Below, piece by piece: positions 42,793 to 55,339 of a stretch of 64,000 bases of DNA; positions within the stretch are counted from its first letter, which is position 1, and each line of letters begins with the position of its first letter. The notes beneath the pieces were generated by a model, which saw only the letters and a list, made by a program, of their open reading frames with translations, was not told the origin of the DNA and did not search any database. This stretch comes from the human T2T-CHM13v2.0 reference genome, Homo sapiens. The position numbers and the translations under genes are program-made. Location: assembly GCF_009914755.1 (NCBI RefSeq), contig NC_060927.1; one strand, given 5' to 3'.

Positions 42793-43914
42793 CTACAGAA
42801 AGGGGGTAGATGAGGAGGCAAACCTTTTTTGACGTCTCTTATGGGCCAGTGTAGTATAACCACCAACAGGTGCTTATCAGAGGCACTGGGAGAGCTTCTA
42901 AACAATTCCTATAAGCATTTAGCAAAAGCTGCCCTGGCAATGCCAATGCCCATATATGATTAAGAATCCTTCCTCCAGTGGATGAGACGCTAACAAACCT
43001 GAGCTGTAACCCTTGACATACCGCATGTGACACACCCATAAAGTGAGTGTGGTGGCAGAAGATGGTTTCTAATTTCCTTCAGAGAGACAAAAAGAAAGCG
43101 GGGGTAATTCTAGAGAACTCCCCACTTAAAGTGAGAAACCACTCTTCATCCCAGTAAATTGTGGCAATGAGGAAAAGAAAGCCTGAACTTGCCAGCCCTT
43201 CCAGGTTTCCAAGAGACGTTCAATTTGCCGTAAACAGAAGTTGATCACAAAAAAAAGTACTTACAAGTAAAACAAAATAGGATTACTAAATTCCGTCTGG
43301 AACTGTTGCCTGCTTCAGACCTCGAGCCTGAGGCCTGTCACCTCTTTACTGCAAGAAGAGATTAGAAAGAGGGAGTAAAGCACATCATTGTCAGACTAAG
43401 ACTCTTCTTTGTTACAAGCAGTGAGAGCATTGAAAAGAAATAACTTTATCATGATGTGATTCTGTGTTGTTCAATGCTGGATCTATGGACCTCGTGTGCA
43501 ACTGTCTACCACCTTGGGCACTCTGGGGCCTTTAAACCTCCCTTCATGCCCAAGCTGGATTCCCCACTCACTGGTGAGATTTACCTGCCTGCTTATCACA
43601 CAGCCAACCAGGAGGACCTTTGTATGCCATCTAGCCTGGAAAATCACCCTGAGCCAGCATTTTCTGCATCGTCTTTCACTCTCCACATCCTTATTTTTTC
43701 TGTTTTCTTCCTTCCCTTCTGGATCCTTCCACATATCCCACACGAGGTCCAGTATCTTCCTATCATCCTTTGCCTAAAAGGAGATAGGAGAGAAACAAAA
43801 TTCCCAGCCAGGGCTGCAGGGCCCAGGGTGCCATCACCTCCCCATGGAATAGATGAGCTACTCAAGGGACTGAGGTCACACAGCACGTGATCAACTGAGC
43901 CCATGTGCAAGAAC

Positions 43915-44420
43915 TCATTCATTCATTCACTTGATATACATTGAGTACGTCAGTTATATCCTCAAGATTGAAGATAGAGCAGTGAAAAAAACCCTGCCCT
44001 CCATAAACAGGAAAAAAAAGGAATGTGAGATATTGTCTGGCAGTGAGAAGTGCTATGATATTACACCAAGCAGGTCTGGAAACAGAGAGTTCCAGGGGTA
44101 GTATTTTGGACAGTTTGGTGAGAAAGACCTCTCTGAGGAGGTAATATTTGAGCACAGACTGGAATAAAGTGTGCCATTTAGATATCTAGCGGAAAGAATA
44201 TTCCACATAAAAGGTAAATAACTCCAAGGAAGGAGGACACTTGGTGTATTTGAAAAGCAGCAGCAAGAAGGCTGGTGTGGCTGGAGCAGAATGAGTGAGG
44301 GGAAGAGGCTTTGGAGATGAAGACAGGGAGGTAGTAAGGAATGAGATCATAAAAGCCAGATCACAGGCAATCAAAAGCTAAGAAGCTGTAGAGCAGCAAA
44401 GTGGCATGATCAGGACTTTG
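43915..44420 (-). mobile_element. L2a 3' end
   Basis: (TCAT)n tail; GACCTCTCTGAGGAGGTAATATTTGAGC; GGCTGGTGTGGCTGGAGCAGAATGAGTGAGGGG. Confidence 0.9.
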
Positions 44421-44511
44421 AGGAAAATTAGAAACCATTTTCTGTGCCCCTGCTCAGTGCTACTTATAGAAGTCCCTAGTGACTCCTTTTCCACCGTGGC
44501 CACTGAGAATA

Positions 44512-44600
44512 GCAGCTCAGGTTGTGCAGTGCTCAACACCAGCTCATGAAGACTGTGGTATGAACGGTGCCCCTCAAGTTGTAAAATGTGGTGGCTACAT
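44512..44600. mobile_element. MER91-like hAT-Tip100 MITE
   Basis: CAGGTTGTGCAGTGCTCAAC...TGAACGGTGCCCCTCAAGTTGT. Confidence 0.5.
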
Positions 44601-45228
44601 TACATCTCATCCCTGGAGGTTCATTTAGGCCCTAATCTCATCATGGTGCATATGAAGAAAACCAAGGACTTATGATTCAAGTCCTCTAAAGGACATAGCC
44701 TCATACACATCACCAGGTTGATGACAAAGTTAATCCAGGGACTGAGCCGCACTTTAGTGGAGAAGCTAAAGGGGTGAAGAGGCTCATTCTGATCTACAAA
44801 TACCCTTATCCAGCATATGTTTCCAAAGACCTGGATTTCAGAAGCCAGAGGAGAAGGACATGAGCCAGTGCCACCCCTACCAATGACAAATCTGTGACAA
44901 GCTTGGCAGTGACTTTGGACCAGGCAGAGCAGCAACGAGACCCCATCCCTCCTCTCAACATATCCAGGTCTCCTGTATGTGTCTTGTCATTAAGAGGTAG
45001 GAAAGAGCAAAGAGGGACTCTTTATGGTCCAAACCATTTCCTTTCCTTACGTGTTACTATCTTGGTTAAACATATGCACACGCGCACAAACTGGGGATTA
45101 GTTAGGGTCAACTGAGGCATATATCAGCCCAGGATTACATTCATCTTCCCTGTGTGCCAAAAACCTCATGGTCGACCCCTCTCATTCCCATTTCTTCCAT
45201 CCCATGTGCCTGCCTTTTCTAATCACAT

Positions 45229-45336
45229 CTTTTAAATATAGATTTAGGGAGTACAAGTGCATTTTTTTTACATGGATATATTGTGTAGTGGTGAAGTCTA
45301 GGCTTTTAGTATAACCTTCATCTGAATAGTGTACAT
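45229..45336 (-). mobile_element. L1PB-like 3' terminal fragment (~105 bp)
   Basis: TAGATTTAGGGAGTACAAGTGC...TTACATGGATATATTGTGTAGTGGTGAAGTC; flanked by ACATCTTT direct repeats. Confidence 0.8.
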
Positions 45337-45934
45337 CTTTCAAACAGCAGCTCAAAATTTATCTCCTTTTGCATCACCCTAGTACACAGCGATGGCAGCT
45401 TGAGCAGGTGGCTTGTCTGGATTGATTGCCTGGCACAGCAAGCAACACCTGGTTTTGTGGGGAGGGGAATATTTGTCTCCACATCACTGGGATTTGGGTC
45501 TGAGATTGTTATAAAGTAGCTAGCATCTCAGACAGAAAGCTAATAAAGCTCTTGAATGGGGAAGTGTCATTTTCACAAACCCATTTTTAGAAGGCAAGCA
45601 GCCAATCAGACATACTAGCTAATTAGCTGAGCTGTGGAAGGAGCAACATAAAAACATCTTACTGACAGAGCAAGCCGAGAAAAATCATGTGAGGAGAACA
45701 ACCCTCACTCCCCAGTTCCTTCTGCAGGGGGAACACAGTAGACCAAGAGCCATCCTATCTGCAAGTCACCATAGCTGGAAACTTTTCCACTACCCTTCAC
45801 TTATGCAGAGTTGTTCTCAGAATATTCTTAGTATAGCTGGGCAGGTGTGCACATCTTGGCTCAATCTTATGCCTTCTCAGAGAGAAGTCTTCAGTCCAGA
45901 TCCTGTTTTAGGTGTTTATTACTATGAAACAAAC

Positions 45935-46289
45935 TGCTATGGTCTGAGTGTTTGTATTGCCTCAAAATTCATATGTTGAAATCCTAAGCCTTGAGGTGAT
46001 GGTGTTAGGAAGTGGGGCCTTTGGGGAGGTGATTAGGTCATAAGGATGGGGCCCTCATGAATGGGATTAGTTCCCTTATAAAATAGGCCCAAGGGAGCTC
46101 ATTCTATCCTTCCACCATGTAAGAACAGTGAGAAGACACTTTCTATGAACAGAAGAAAACTCTCACCAGAATCAAATCTGCTGACATCTTGATCTTGAAC
46201 TTCCCAGGCTCCAGAACCATGAGAGATCAATTTCTGTTGTCAGAAGCCTATGTTGTTTTTTTTTATAGCACCTCAAACAGACTAAGACA
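45935..46289 (+). mobile_element. MLT1A0 LTR
   Basis: TGCTATGGTCTGA...CAGACTAAGACA with perfect TSD CAAAC. Confidence 0.9.
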
Positions 46290-46455
46290 CAAACCACCCC
46301 AAAACTTAGTAGCTTAAAGCAATTTATTATGGTCTCTTATGATTCTGTGGGTTACTGGGCTCTTATGGATAGATCTCAGTGGCATCTATCATGTGGTTAT
46401 AGTCAGATGGAAACTGGGGCTGAAGTCATTTGAAGGCTCCACTGGGCTGGATGTC

Positions 46456-46777
46456 TCTCTCAGTTCAGGCTGTTGAATGAAGACTGTGTGCTTAAATAAT
46501 AGAAATGTATTTCTCACAGTTCTGGAGGCTGGGAAGTCCAAGATCAAGGTGCCAATTGTTTCAGTTTATGATGAGGTTTGCAGACAGCCGTCTTCTCATT
46601 GTATCCTCACATGGTGGGGAGAGAGAAGAAGCAAGCTTTCTCCTATATCTCCTGAGGGCACTAATCTTATCAAGACCTAAATCCCTCCAAAAGGCCTAAT
46701 CTCTAAATACTTTCATATTGAGGATTAGGATTTTAAAATACTGATATTGAAAGGACACAAATATTCAGTTCATAACA
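46456..46777 (-). mobile_element. MLT1A-like LTR
   Basis: TTCTCACAGTTCTGGAGGCTGGGAAGTCCAAGATCAAGGTGCC...TTCAGTTCATAACA; flanks ATGTC / ACATC. Confidence 0.85.
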
Positions 46778-47142
46778 ACATCCAAGATGTTTCACTCACG
46801 TGGCTAGCAGTAAGTGGTGGTTGCAGGCTGGGAGCCCAGCTGGGGCTCTTGATGGGGGAGCTACAAGTATCCTCTCCATGTGCCTTGGGATTTTCACCAC
46901 CTGGAGGCTGAGTTCCCAAAAACAGCATCCCATGAACCCCAGGTAGAAGCTCCTGGGTGTTTATAATCTAGCCTTAAAAGATCTCAGAACATCACTTTGC
47001 TGTATTCTACTAGTTAAGCAAGACACTAAGCCCAGCCCAGGTTCAAGGGAAGGAAATTAGAATCTTCCTCTGAATGTAAGGAACAACATGCACGTACAGG
47101 GAAGGAAGGAATCAATGGAGGCCACTTTGAGAAACCCACACA

Positions 47143-47600
47143 CTTCCCCAGAATCAGGCCTGGAGATGATGATTCACATGCAGGTGATTTATGTAGAAAG
47201 CACTCCCAGAAGAAACTGGGTAAGAAAATAGGGGAAGCAGGTCAAGAAACAGGAAGAAGCCAAGCAAGGGAGCGAGTCCAGGCAAAGTTCCAGTCTCAAT
47301 CTGAATCCTGAGATGAGCTCTGGCATGTAAACTATGCCTTAGTGTTTGGCCCAACTTGAGGCAAGGGACCTGAGACTTCATTCCAACACCTGTCTGTGAT
47401 TGACATGTGGCCATGAGGAGAGATTTGGAATGTGTAAACACCCACACACTTCCCAATCTCCACATGTGGGCAAAGGGGCTCCAGTAGCCAAGGGCAGTCC
47501 TCTGAAATGAGTCACCTGTGCTGCTCTGAAAAGTAAAGGACACACAGTTGGGGAATGGGTGCATGGAAATGTAGAAGGGACCCAAAGGAATCTGCACAGA
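47143..47600 (-). mobile_element. LTR16A ERVL LTR
   Basis: GATTCACATGCAGGTGATTTAT...GAAGAAGCCAAGCAAGGG...GCTCCAGTAGCCAAGGGCAGTCCTC. Confidence 0.8.
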
Positions 47601-47681
47601 AAGGCAACTCCATCTGCTACAGCCGTCTTGGGTGGTTTTGGGAACAGATGGGGAAGTGAGGATTTGTCAATAGCATATTCT

Positions 47682-47850
47682 CTGGCATTATTTCATTTCC
47701 CCCTCTCAGGCACTCCACAAGGTGGGTCCTAGCATCCCCATTTTACACAGAGAAACCCCACACTAGGAAACATTATGTAGCTTACCCACAGAGAAGGATC
47801 TGAGCTCAGAACCATACAGTTCTGAAGTCCACGCTCCTTCCTTAAACTAC
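47682..47850 (-). mobile_element. MIR SINE
   Basis: CATCCCCATTTTACACAG core and CTGAAGTCCACGCTC end. Confidence 0.6.
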
Positions 47851-48079
47851 AGTACAGTCACAGAAGACTAGGAAATTCCAGCTAAATACTGCCTCTCACC
47901 ACAAATCGTGCTTGGGAGGGCCTTTGGGCATAAAAGACTGGGTTTTCCTCTAATATCTCACAAAACCACACCATTTACAGAATGCTCTGCACTGCTGTGG
48001 AAGACGTGGCAAAGTTCTCTACCATTTAAATCATGTTAGTCTCAGGAGAGATGCTGAGAGCTTTGTCCTCCATTTAAAG

Positions 48080-48305
48080 TAGTGGTTCTTAATGTGGGTG
48101 TTGGGTGAGGTTGCCTTCCCAGGGGATATTTAGAAAAGCGTAGAGACATTTTTTGTTGTCACAAGGGGCAGGGGAGTGTTGCTACTGGCATCTAGTGAAT
48201 GAAGCCCAGGAACGCTGCTAAACATTCTATGAGGCACAGGACGGATCTCACAACAGAGAATTCCACCACCCAAAATGTCAGTAGTGCTGAGCTTGAGAAA
48301 CCTAG
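48080..48305 (+). mobile_element. MER20 MITE (full length)
   Basis: AGTGGTTCTTAA...GCTACTGGCATCTAGTG...CAAAATGTCAGTAGTGCTGAGCTTGAGAAACC. Confidence 0.92.
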
Positions 48306-48829
48306 ACTTGAAAGAATGAGTCTCTGGCCAAGCTACACATATCCAAGGGAGTGGAGGGGAGAGGAGCAGCAGCTCTACCTACTTTCATGTGACCCAAAGT
48401 CTAATTAATTTTGGAAAGTTGGTTTTTATCCCCAGGAAGTACAATTAGCTTTTTCTTTCTATTTTTGTAGCATGTAGTGGTTGGAGTAGCTGAGTCGTTG
48501 TACATTCTAGAATTCCTACAACCCACTGACTTAACGACATTCGTATGCCAGAGAAGATATCTAGCCACCTTCTCAAAAGGAGAGTACAGCAATACTACGT
48601 GACACTTAGCAGCTTTAAAATGAGAAAATGGGTAGCAAGCTGTCCTCCCGCGATGCTCTGTGTTCTCCATATTGCAGTCTATGACACCCTAAACATCAAA
48701 GCTGCTTAACATGGGAGGATGACAGTAATGTGTCTCAGCACTCAGAAATGTGTATGTTCACCTGTGGGTGAATTATGGCCATAATTGCACATGACTGATC
48801 ATATTAAACCTACTTAAATATCGAAACAA

Positions 48830-49110
48830 GGGTGTTCTTTCAAAGTAGTCACCTTGGGAGGCTATACACTTGTTTGTAACAAATCTTCCATGGCCCGAAC
48901 TATATTCATACTTCATCCTTTGGAATTTCCTTCCAGTTCAGCTTAGAACAACAAAAGAAAAAAAAAAAAACCCTCAGCATCATATACTTATTTATGATCC
49001 AAAACAGTATTTCTCACTTTGAAAAACTACTCGAATTTGCCAGACTTATCTCTGAACAAATCTAGGTCATTTCTAGACATCAAATACACTCTCAAAGAAC
49101 CAAAGTTTAC
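48830..49110. mobile_element. MARNA (mariner) fragment
   Basis: CAAAGTAGTCACCTTGGGAGGCTATACACTT; ATCAAATACACTCTCAAAGAACCAAAGTTT. Confidence 0.75.
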
Positions 49111-49384
49111 AGATACTTATCTTCAGAACCCAGCTTTATAATGGATTTAGGTTACAGTTTAGAATAAGATTATAGCCAAGGTTAAAGTAAGAATTGAAAT
49201 ATTCAGTGATCAATTCCATCTTAAGCTATGTTCACACAAGTCAGTATCTGACATTAACCATGCTTTGGTTAACCTTGGTATTACATGGATATTTTCATTT
49301 TGATACCACTTCTGTTTCTGGTATTGGGTTCTAAGTGTAGCATGCCCTGCGCTGGGCAATGGAGATATAAAAATAAATAAAACA

Positions 49385-49770
<386 letters not shown>

Positions 49771-52700
49771 TTACAATCAGAGGTGATATGCAAAATATTT
49801 CACCGTCAATAGAGCACAGGCCCAGCTGGCCAGCCAGTCAGACAGACTTGGAGCTAAAGACCTGCTTGGCCGGAAATTAACCCTTTAGTTGCTGGATTAT
49901 GGGACTATCCAGAGGTCCCCGGGAGAGGCTGAGGGCTGGCATGGGAGTAGAGAGTAGGATTCTCAGTTCTGTGTTTGAACAACTGGGGCACATGAGCTGA
50001 ATGCCAACACTGGTACAAGGCAGGGCAGGAAGTGTCTGGTAGAAGTTGGCCCAATGGAAGGGGTTAGTAATTGTGCAGACGCTAGAGCATCATCACATCC
50101 CACCTGCAATTTCAGCCGCAGCCAGGGTGGACATTTCCACAAGCTTGGACACCCTCCAGCTCACAGTGTCCTTCCTCAAGCTCTATAATCTCTCCACTTT
50201 CTGCCCTAGAGCTGCCAACCCATCCCAGCCCAGCCCAAAAGTGAGCGTGCTAATACTTCTGGGGCAACCCTCTGCCAATGGAAGCAGGGGCAGGGGCAAG
50301 GAGGAGAGGTGCTAGAAAGACACTCTGGCCTCCTCTCTCAGTGTCCAATCCATGGAGGCCTTCTGGCCTTCTCCACAGTACCAGGAGACCCAAGTTCCCG
50401 TCACCGCAGCCACGATCTCTACAAAGCACTCGCACACCAGCTTTTCCCCTTCTCTACCCTACTCTCTCTGCCCCTCACTCCTGTTTCCAGAAATCACTTC
50501 CTGATTCTTTATCTAAAGCTTGGGTCTTGGAGGAACCCAAATCAAGACAGAAGGAATCAGTGAAGGCACCACTGGGAGACAAGGTGCAAGCTGCATCATT
50601 ACCAAAAACCAAAAGAATCCCGGTTTCTTTTGAATTGGCCTGGTCAGTCTTTAAGCCTTTCGAAAACATAAGGCCCAGCTCCTCTCCATCGCCTCCCCAA
50701 TTTGGACTAACTAGTATTGATTTCCCTAAACTTGTATCAGCCTCCAGGGAGCCATGCACCATGCCCAAGGGAAAGAAAGGCAAGCAAGCGGAGTTTGCAA
50801 ATCTGATCTACAAAAGTGTTTTTTTTAATCTGTTTTTATGTTTTCTTAAATTCCTATATTCTTCTAACCATATTCTCTTATTATATCTTCTTTTTCTTTG
50901 TCATCATTATCATTCATTTGTTGTTATCCCTTTGCCCCGTTTCTGACTTTTTTACTTGCTCATACTTCCGAGGATGGCTTTGTTAGTGCCAGTCCAATGT
51001 CCTGCCAGTTCTCACCCCCTACTGTCTCTCACATTCATATGTCTCTTCCTCCCCAACTGCCATGTCCTCAGCTCAGACCCTTAGCAACACATGCCTCGGT
51101 GATCGCTCTCAGTCTTCTGCTTCTTGCTGCCACAACCTGCCCCCAGCTCAGTACCAGGAGTATCTTCTGCCAAAAGCAGCGGTGGGATTTGAATGACATC
51201 TGGATAGGGCACCTTAAAATGCAATTCTACCTTCCTCCCAAATAGTTTGCTGAAATCCATTTGCCATTGTACACAAGGAGCAAGTGGGAAACAAATATTG
51301 CTTTGTTATTTGCAGAACTTTCTGGCAAAGGAACTGGGGAGTATGGCTGAGTGCCAAAAATTAGGAAGATGTCTCTTTCCCTCTGAGCTCAAGACAAAAC
51401 CCTCCACAGCGCAGCCCCCTGGGCTAAAGAGGCCAGAGGACCTAGGTGCACGTGACTGAAGAATGGAGGAATGCATGCACTCACTCTTCCAGCTGCCTGG
51501 AAACCAGAGGAAGAAGTAAGCAGAGCCTTTGGGGAGAAAAAGGGCAAGTGGGTCTCCTCCTAAACAGGAGGTTGGAGAGTATAATGATGAGGAGGAAAAT
51601 GACCGTAAAATGCATCTGTATGCTCAGGTTAAAAAGGAATTTGTAAAGCAAATAGAGAACAGTCAGGCAAAATAGATTGGCACCGAAAAAAAAAAAATAC
51701 AGGGATAGTAGGGAAGACAGGAAAAAAAATAGGTAGTGCAGTTTAATATTAGTGGCATCTATAAGAAAAAATGAAAGGTCTAAGTCTAGACTATATATCT
51801 CTGATCATAGAATTTTGATGTTGTTTGTACACACTTTGAAAAAATATCAGCAATCATCAGGTTGTCACCAAGAAAAGACTTCACACACACCAAACAAGGT
51901 ACCTGGGAAGTCAAATTCCTCCCTGTATTATAATGACATGATAATTCCAAGAATGTAATGCATAGGTTGTATTTGAACATGGAAGTGGGACCATCCAAGG
52001 GTGGCACCGATGGCCTCAAAGATGACACTTGATGGAGTCAAGAGAGGGAGCAAGGAAATCTGTGTCCATTGATTCATATTGCTTTGTCCTCAACCAATCA
52101 ACGGAGCTCTGTGGAGCTGGCTTAGAGCCTGCATGACTGTGTGGTTAGCTTCCTTAGCTCTGCTTCAAGTTGATTTGGGATGGAAGTGATTGTAACAGCC
52201 TGCCGATGCAACCAAGTTGCCCCACTATTCCTTTTGGCCTCTCAAAATCAAGAAAAGAAAAGGAATTGTCAACATACAAAAGGGGTCTGCCTCTGTTTCC
52301 CAGTTCTGCACCAAAGAAGGGAATGGGTATAACCTGTCCTCAAGTAAACATGGCCTGATCAGCATTCTGAAGTGTGACCAGTTAGATTAGTGAAATGCTG
52401 GGAAAGCTCCACCAGGAAGGAATGTAAGTAGGTGAGAAACTATACCTACTTACATGTAGATGTCTACATTCCCATGCTTTTTTGCTTTCATTAACCATCA
52501 GGCTCCATAGCCAGGTCTATTGTCAGTCAAACCTAGACTGTCTGTCTCTGGGTAGAAAATCCACAGATTATCAGGGACACCTCTTTCTCCATTCTTGTGG
52601 TTCCCATTCAGATACTTTTACCCCAAAAGCAATGCCTCTTTTTTTTGTAACTCCCAGAAATTTCTGAAACAGGTCAAGAAAGGCTGCTCATTTAACTTCA

Positions 52701-52965
52701 AAGTTCACTACCTGACATTTTGTCCCCATTCTGTATCCCAACTACATCATCCAGCCTTGCTCATCAGAGAAGGTTATGCAAGGAACTCAGCCCAAATCCA
52801 GAAAAACAAAAATAAAATTAAGACTCTCCCACCATTTTAAAGTTTCCACACAAAAATTACAGTTCTTAGAGAATATAAAAGTTCCAGCCATGCAATCAGT
52901 CTTCCATTGTTGCCACAGAGAAAGTAAAATCCTGAAATCAAATCTCTCCCACTTTACTACTTAAA

Positions 52966-53056
52966 GAAATCGATGTTGCAAAATGTCCTTTGCACATTTT
53001 TTTCATTCTGCACAACCGAAAAAAATGTGGAAAGGACATTTTGCAACATCAATTTC
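52966..53056. repeat. Near-perfect inverted repeat (39-bp arms, 13-nt loop)
   Basis: 52966-53004 versus reverse complement of 53018-53056: 37/39 identical. Confidence 0.97.
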
Positions 53057-53354
53057 AATCTGAAGATGGCTCTTAGGAATCTGGGGGGAATCTTGGTTTC
53101 TTCTTCAATAGTTACAACATGGACTGGCTTGTTGAGACTGGTATGGCTCTTCTGATGTCTTCCAGGAGAGATTTATCCAATGCTAAATCTCCCATGGGTG
53201 CCACTGCCTGAAGTTTTAAATTAACAGGCCACGTAAGAGTATCTCAGTTTCAGTTACACACCATGAAACAATTTCCATCACTCCAGTCACTCCAAAGGCT
53301 TATCATGTAAACACTGCTTTCTTTATTCCCAGAAGTGAGGGAGGAAAGAAAAGC

Positions 53355-53790
53355 ACAGCTTTAATCATATTACTTCTACTCAAAACCTGCAATAGCTCTC
53401 CACTGCTTAAAGAATAAAATATTATTAAATCTTTCTCCTAGCATTCAAGGATTCCAGGATCTGGCCAACACTTAATTCTCCACCTCTGCATGCTGTTCAT
53501 GCCATTCTGCTTATCTCCCATGCCCTTTCTTTCCTTCCCATTGCCTCTCTAGACTCAATTCACTGAAGATCAGTTCAGGTGCCACCTTTTCCAGGAGGCT
53601 TCCCTGGACATCTACACCCAGTGGTTTCTCCCCCTATGCCACCCCACCCATCCCTGAACTCAGGGACCACAGCCTGTGCTGCTCACATGCCACTGATCAC
53701 ATAAACCGTCTTGTCTCTGGGCTCCCTACTAGCAAAAAGCAAAATTGTATCCTATGTGGCCTTAGCAAGAGCCCTGCACAGAAAATATGC
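53355..53790 (+). mobile_element. L2 3' region
   Basis: CTCAAAACCTGCAATAGCTCTCCACTGC...CCTAGCATTCAAGG...GCCACCTTTTCCAGGAGGCTTCCCTG. Confidence 0.75.
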
Positions 53791-53855
53791 TCCTACCCTG
53801 GGAGGGACTTGATTTTGGCAGTCGAAAAGTCTCACTCTGCAAGGATTTGACCTTA

Positions 53856-54408
53856 TGTTAGCCAAGGTTTGGTTGTAAAGAACAAAATCTATTCTAGCCA
53901 AGCTAGGCAAGAACAAACTATTACAGGGTATTTAGAACTTATAGGATCACGGGAAGCACTCGACAAACAGGCTGACCTTTTTAAAATGACTCCCAAAGAC
54001 ACAGGAATAACTGAGCCACCAAAAGAGCTGCTGCCTGTCCCACAGCCAGGGGGCCACTGTGGAAACAGAACCACAACCAGGAGACCATCATATCCACACC
54101 ATTGAAAGCATGCCTCAGCTACACTCGGCCTCTAACATCCTCAGAGATAGTGGCTGGACCCTGGAACAAATACAACTGGCTCCACAAGTGTGCCTGGCAA
54201 CAGAAAGAGCAGATGGTAGGCATCTGCTCACTTCAGCTTCCCCACACTCACATGTGTGCCCCTGAAAGGCCAAATCTAAATTCTGTTCAGAACTCAACCT
54301 GCAAGGGAGTCTGGAAAATGTATGTCTTGGCTTTCCAGTCTCTGCAAGAAGGGAAGACATTAGAAGAATGGAATGGCTGTTGAGAGTCAGCCCATCATAT
54401 CTACCACA
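53856..54408 (-). mobile_element. Old MLT1 (N2/O-like) LTR
   Basis: TTGGTTGTAAAGAAC... start; CTGCAAGGGAGTCTGGAAAATGTA...TATCTACCACA end. Confidence 0.65.
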
Positions 54409-54499
54409 AATCTGCAGGTTTGTTAACCTTGCCTGTGATCTTCACCTCAAACTAACATATATTTGAATTATCTGTGGTGCCTGACATTTTAGAATTTAT

Positions 54500-55260
54500 C
54501 CTGGTGACCACCGTTCACCCCAACTCTGTGAATGCTTCAGTATATTGAGGCAGTATTTCTTAAATGCTACTGGCAAAATTCTTACAGACTCCCAGTATTT
54601 GTCAAAATTGTTTTTATTATAATGTTATTTAAAAATGTAGGAACATAAAAATAGCTATAAAAATCTCATGGTTACAAAATCTTTTTAAAAATACTATAAA
54701 AATTAATTTGCAAACTAAACACAAGCAAAACTCTAAAAAGGATGAAAGTCAAACTAACAACTTACTTTAGGATGATTAATGATGTTTTGCTCACAGTAAA
54801 TCACCAATGTTGGACGTAAAAGTAGGAAAATGTATTTGCACGTTTTACATTTCACGTGTTAATGGGCTGATTTTTTAAATTTTGAGTAAGATGGCCCATT
54901 GTTTTAGTCACTGTCAGTAACATTATCATTATTTTTTCTTTTTAACAATGAACTCATTTTTTAGCCACTGATTTTAATGGGCTACTCAATTTAATGGTGC
55001 ACTCCAAAATAGAGTGCTGAAAATTTTAAAGCACCATTTAATTAAAACTTCTTCAGTGCACAATTACTAATACCTTTATTGTTAATGAAGTGTGGAAGTT
55101 TGGTTTGCACAAAGTAGTGGTTCATGCAGCATAGCACTGCTGTGAGGGTGGTTCTAACTGCCACAGTGCAGGCTCGGTAGAGTTCCATATGACTATACTA
55201 CCATGTGCAGAGTGATGACTCAGTCCTCTCACCTCTTTTCTCCATACAAACTACTGGAAA
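54500..55260. mobile_element. Possible decayed DNA transposon (hAT-like)
   Basis: GGTGACCA Blackjack-like terminus followed by AT-rich sequence; no confident family match. Confidence 0.3.
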
Positions 55261-55339
55261 TCATTTGTTCCTATGAGTTCATTTGAGCTTTACCTGGCAC
55301 CAACATGCTCATAAACATAAACACAAACAGCAATAATAC

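Larger units (their letters stand above)
45904..47140 (-). mobile_element. MLT1G/H-like LTR hosting two MLT1A insertions
   Basis: CCACCCCAAAACTTAGTAGCTTAAAGC...CCCAGGTTCAAGGG...GCACGTACAGGGAAGGAAGGAATCAATGGAGGCC. Confidence 0.8.

Noticed and set aside
50278-50946. 222-aa ATG ORF
   Set aside because: No recognisable homology; S/P-rich and then T-rich low-complexity translation; no supporting exon structure
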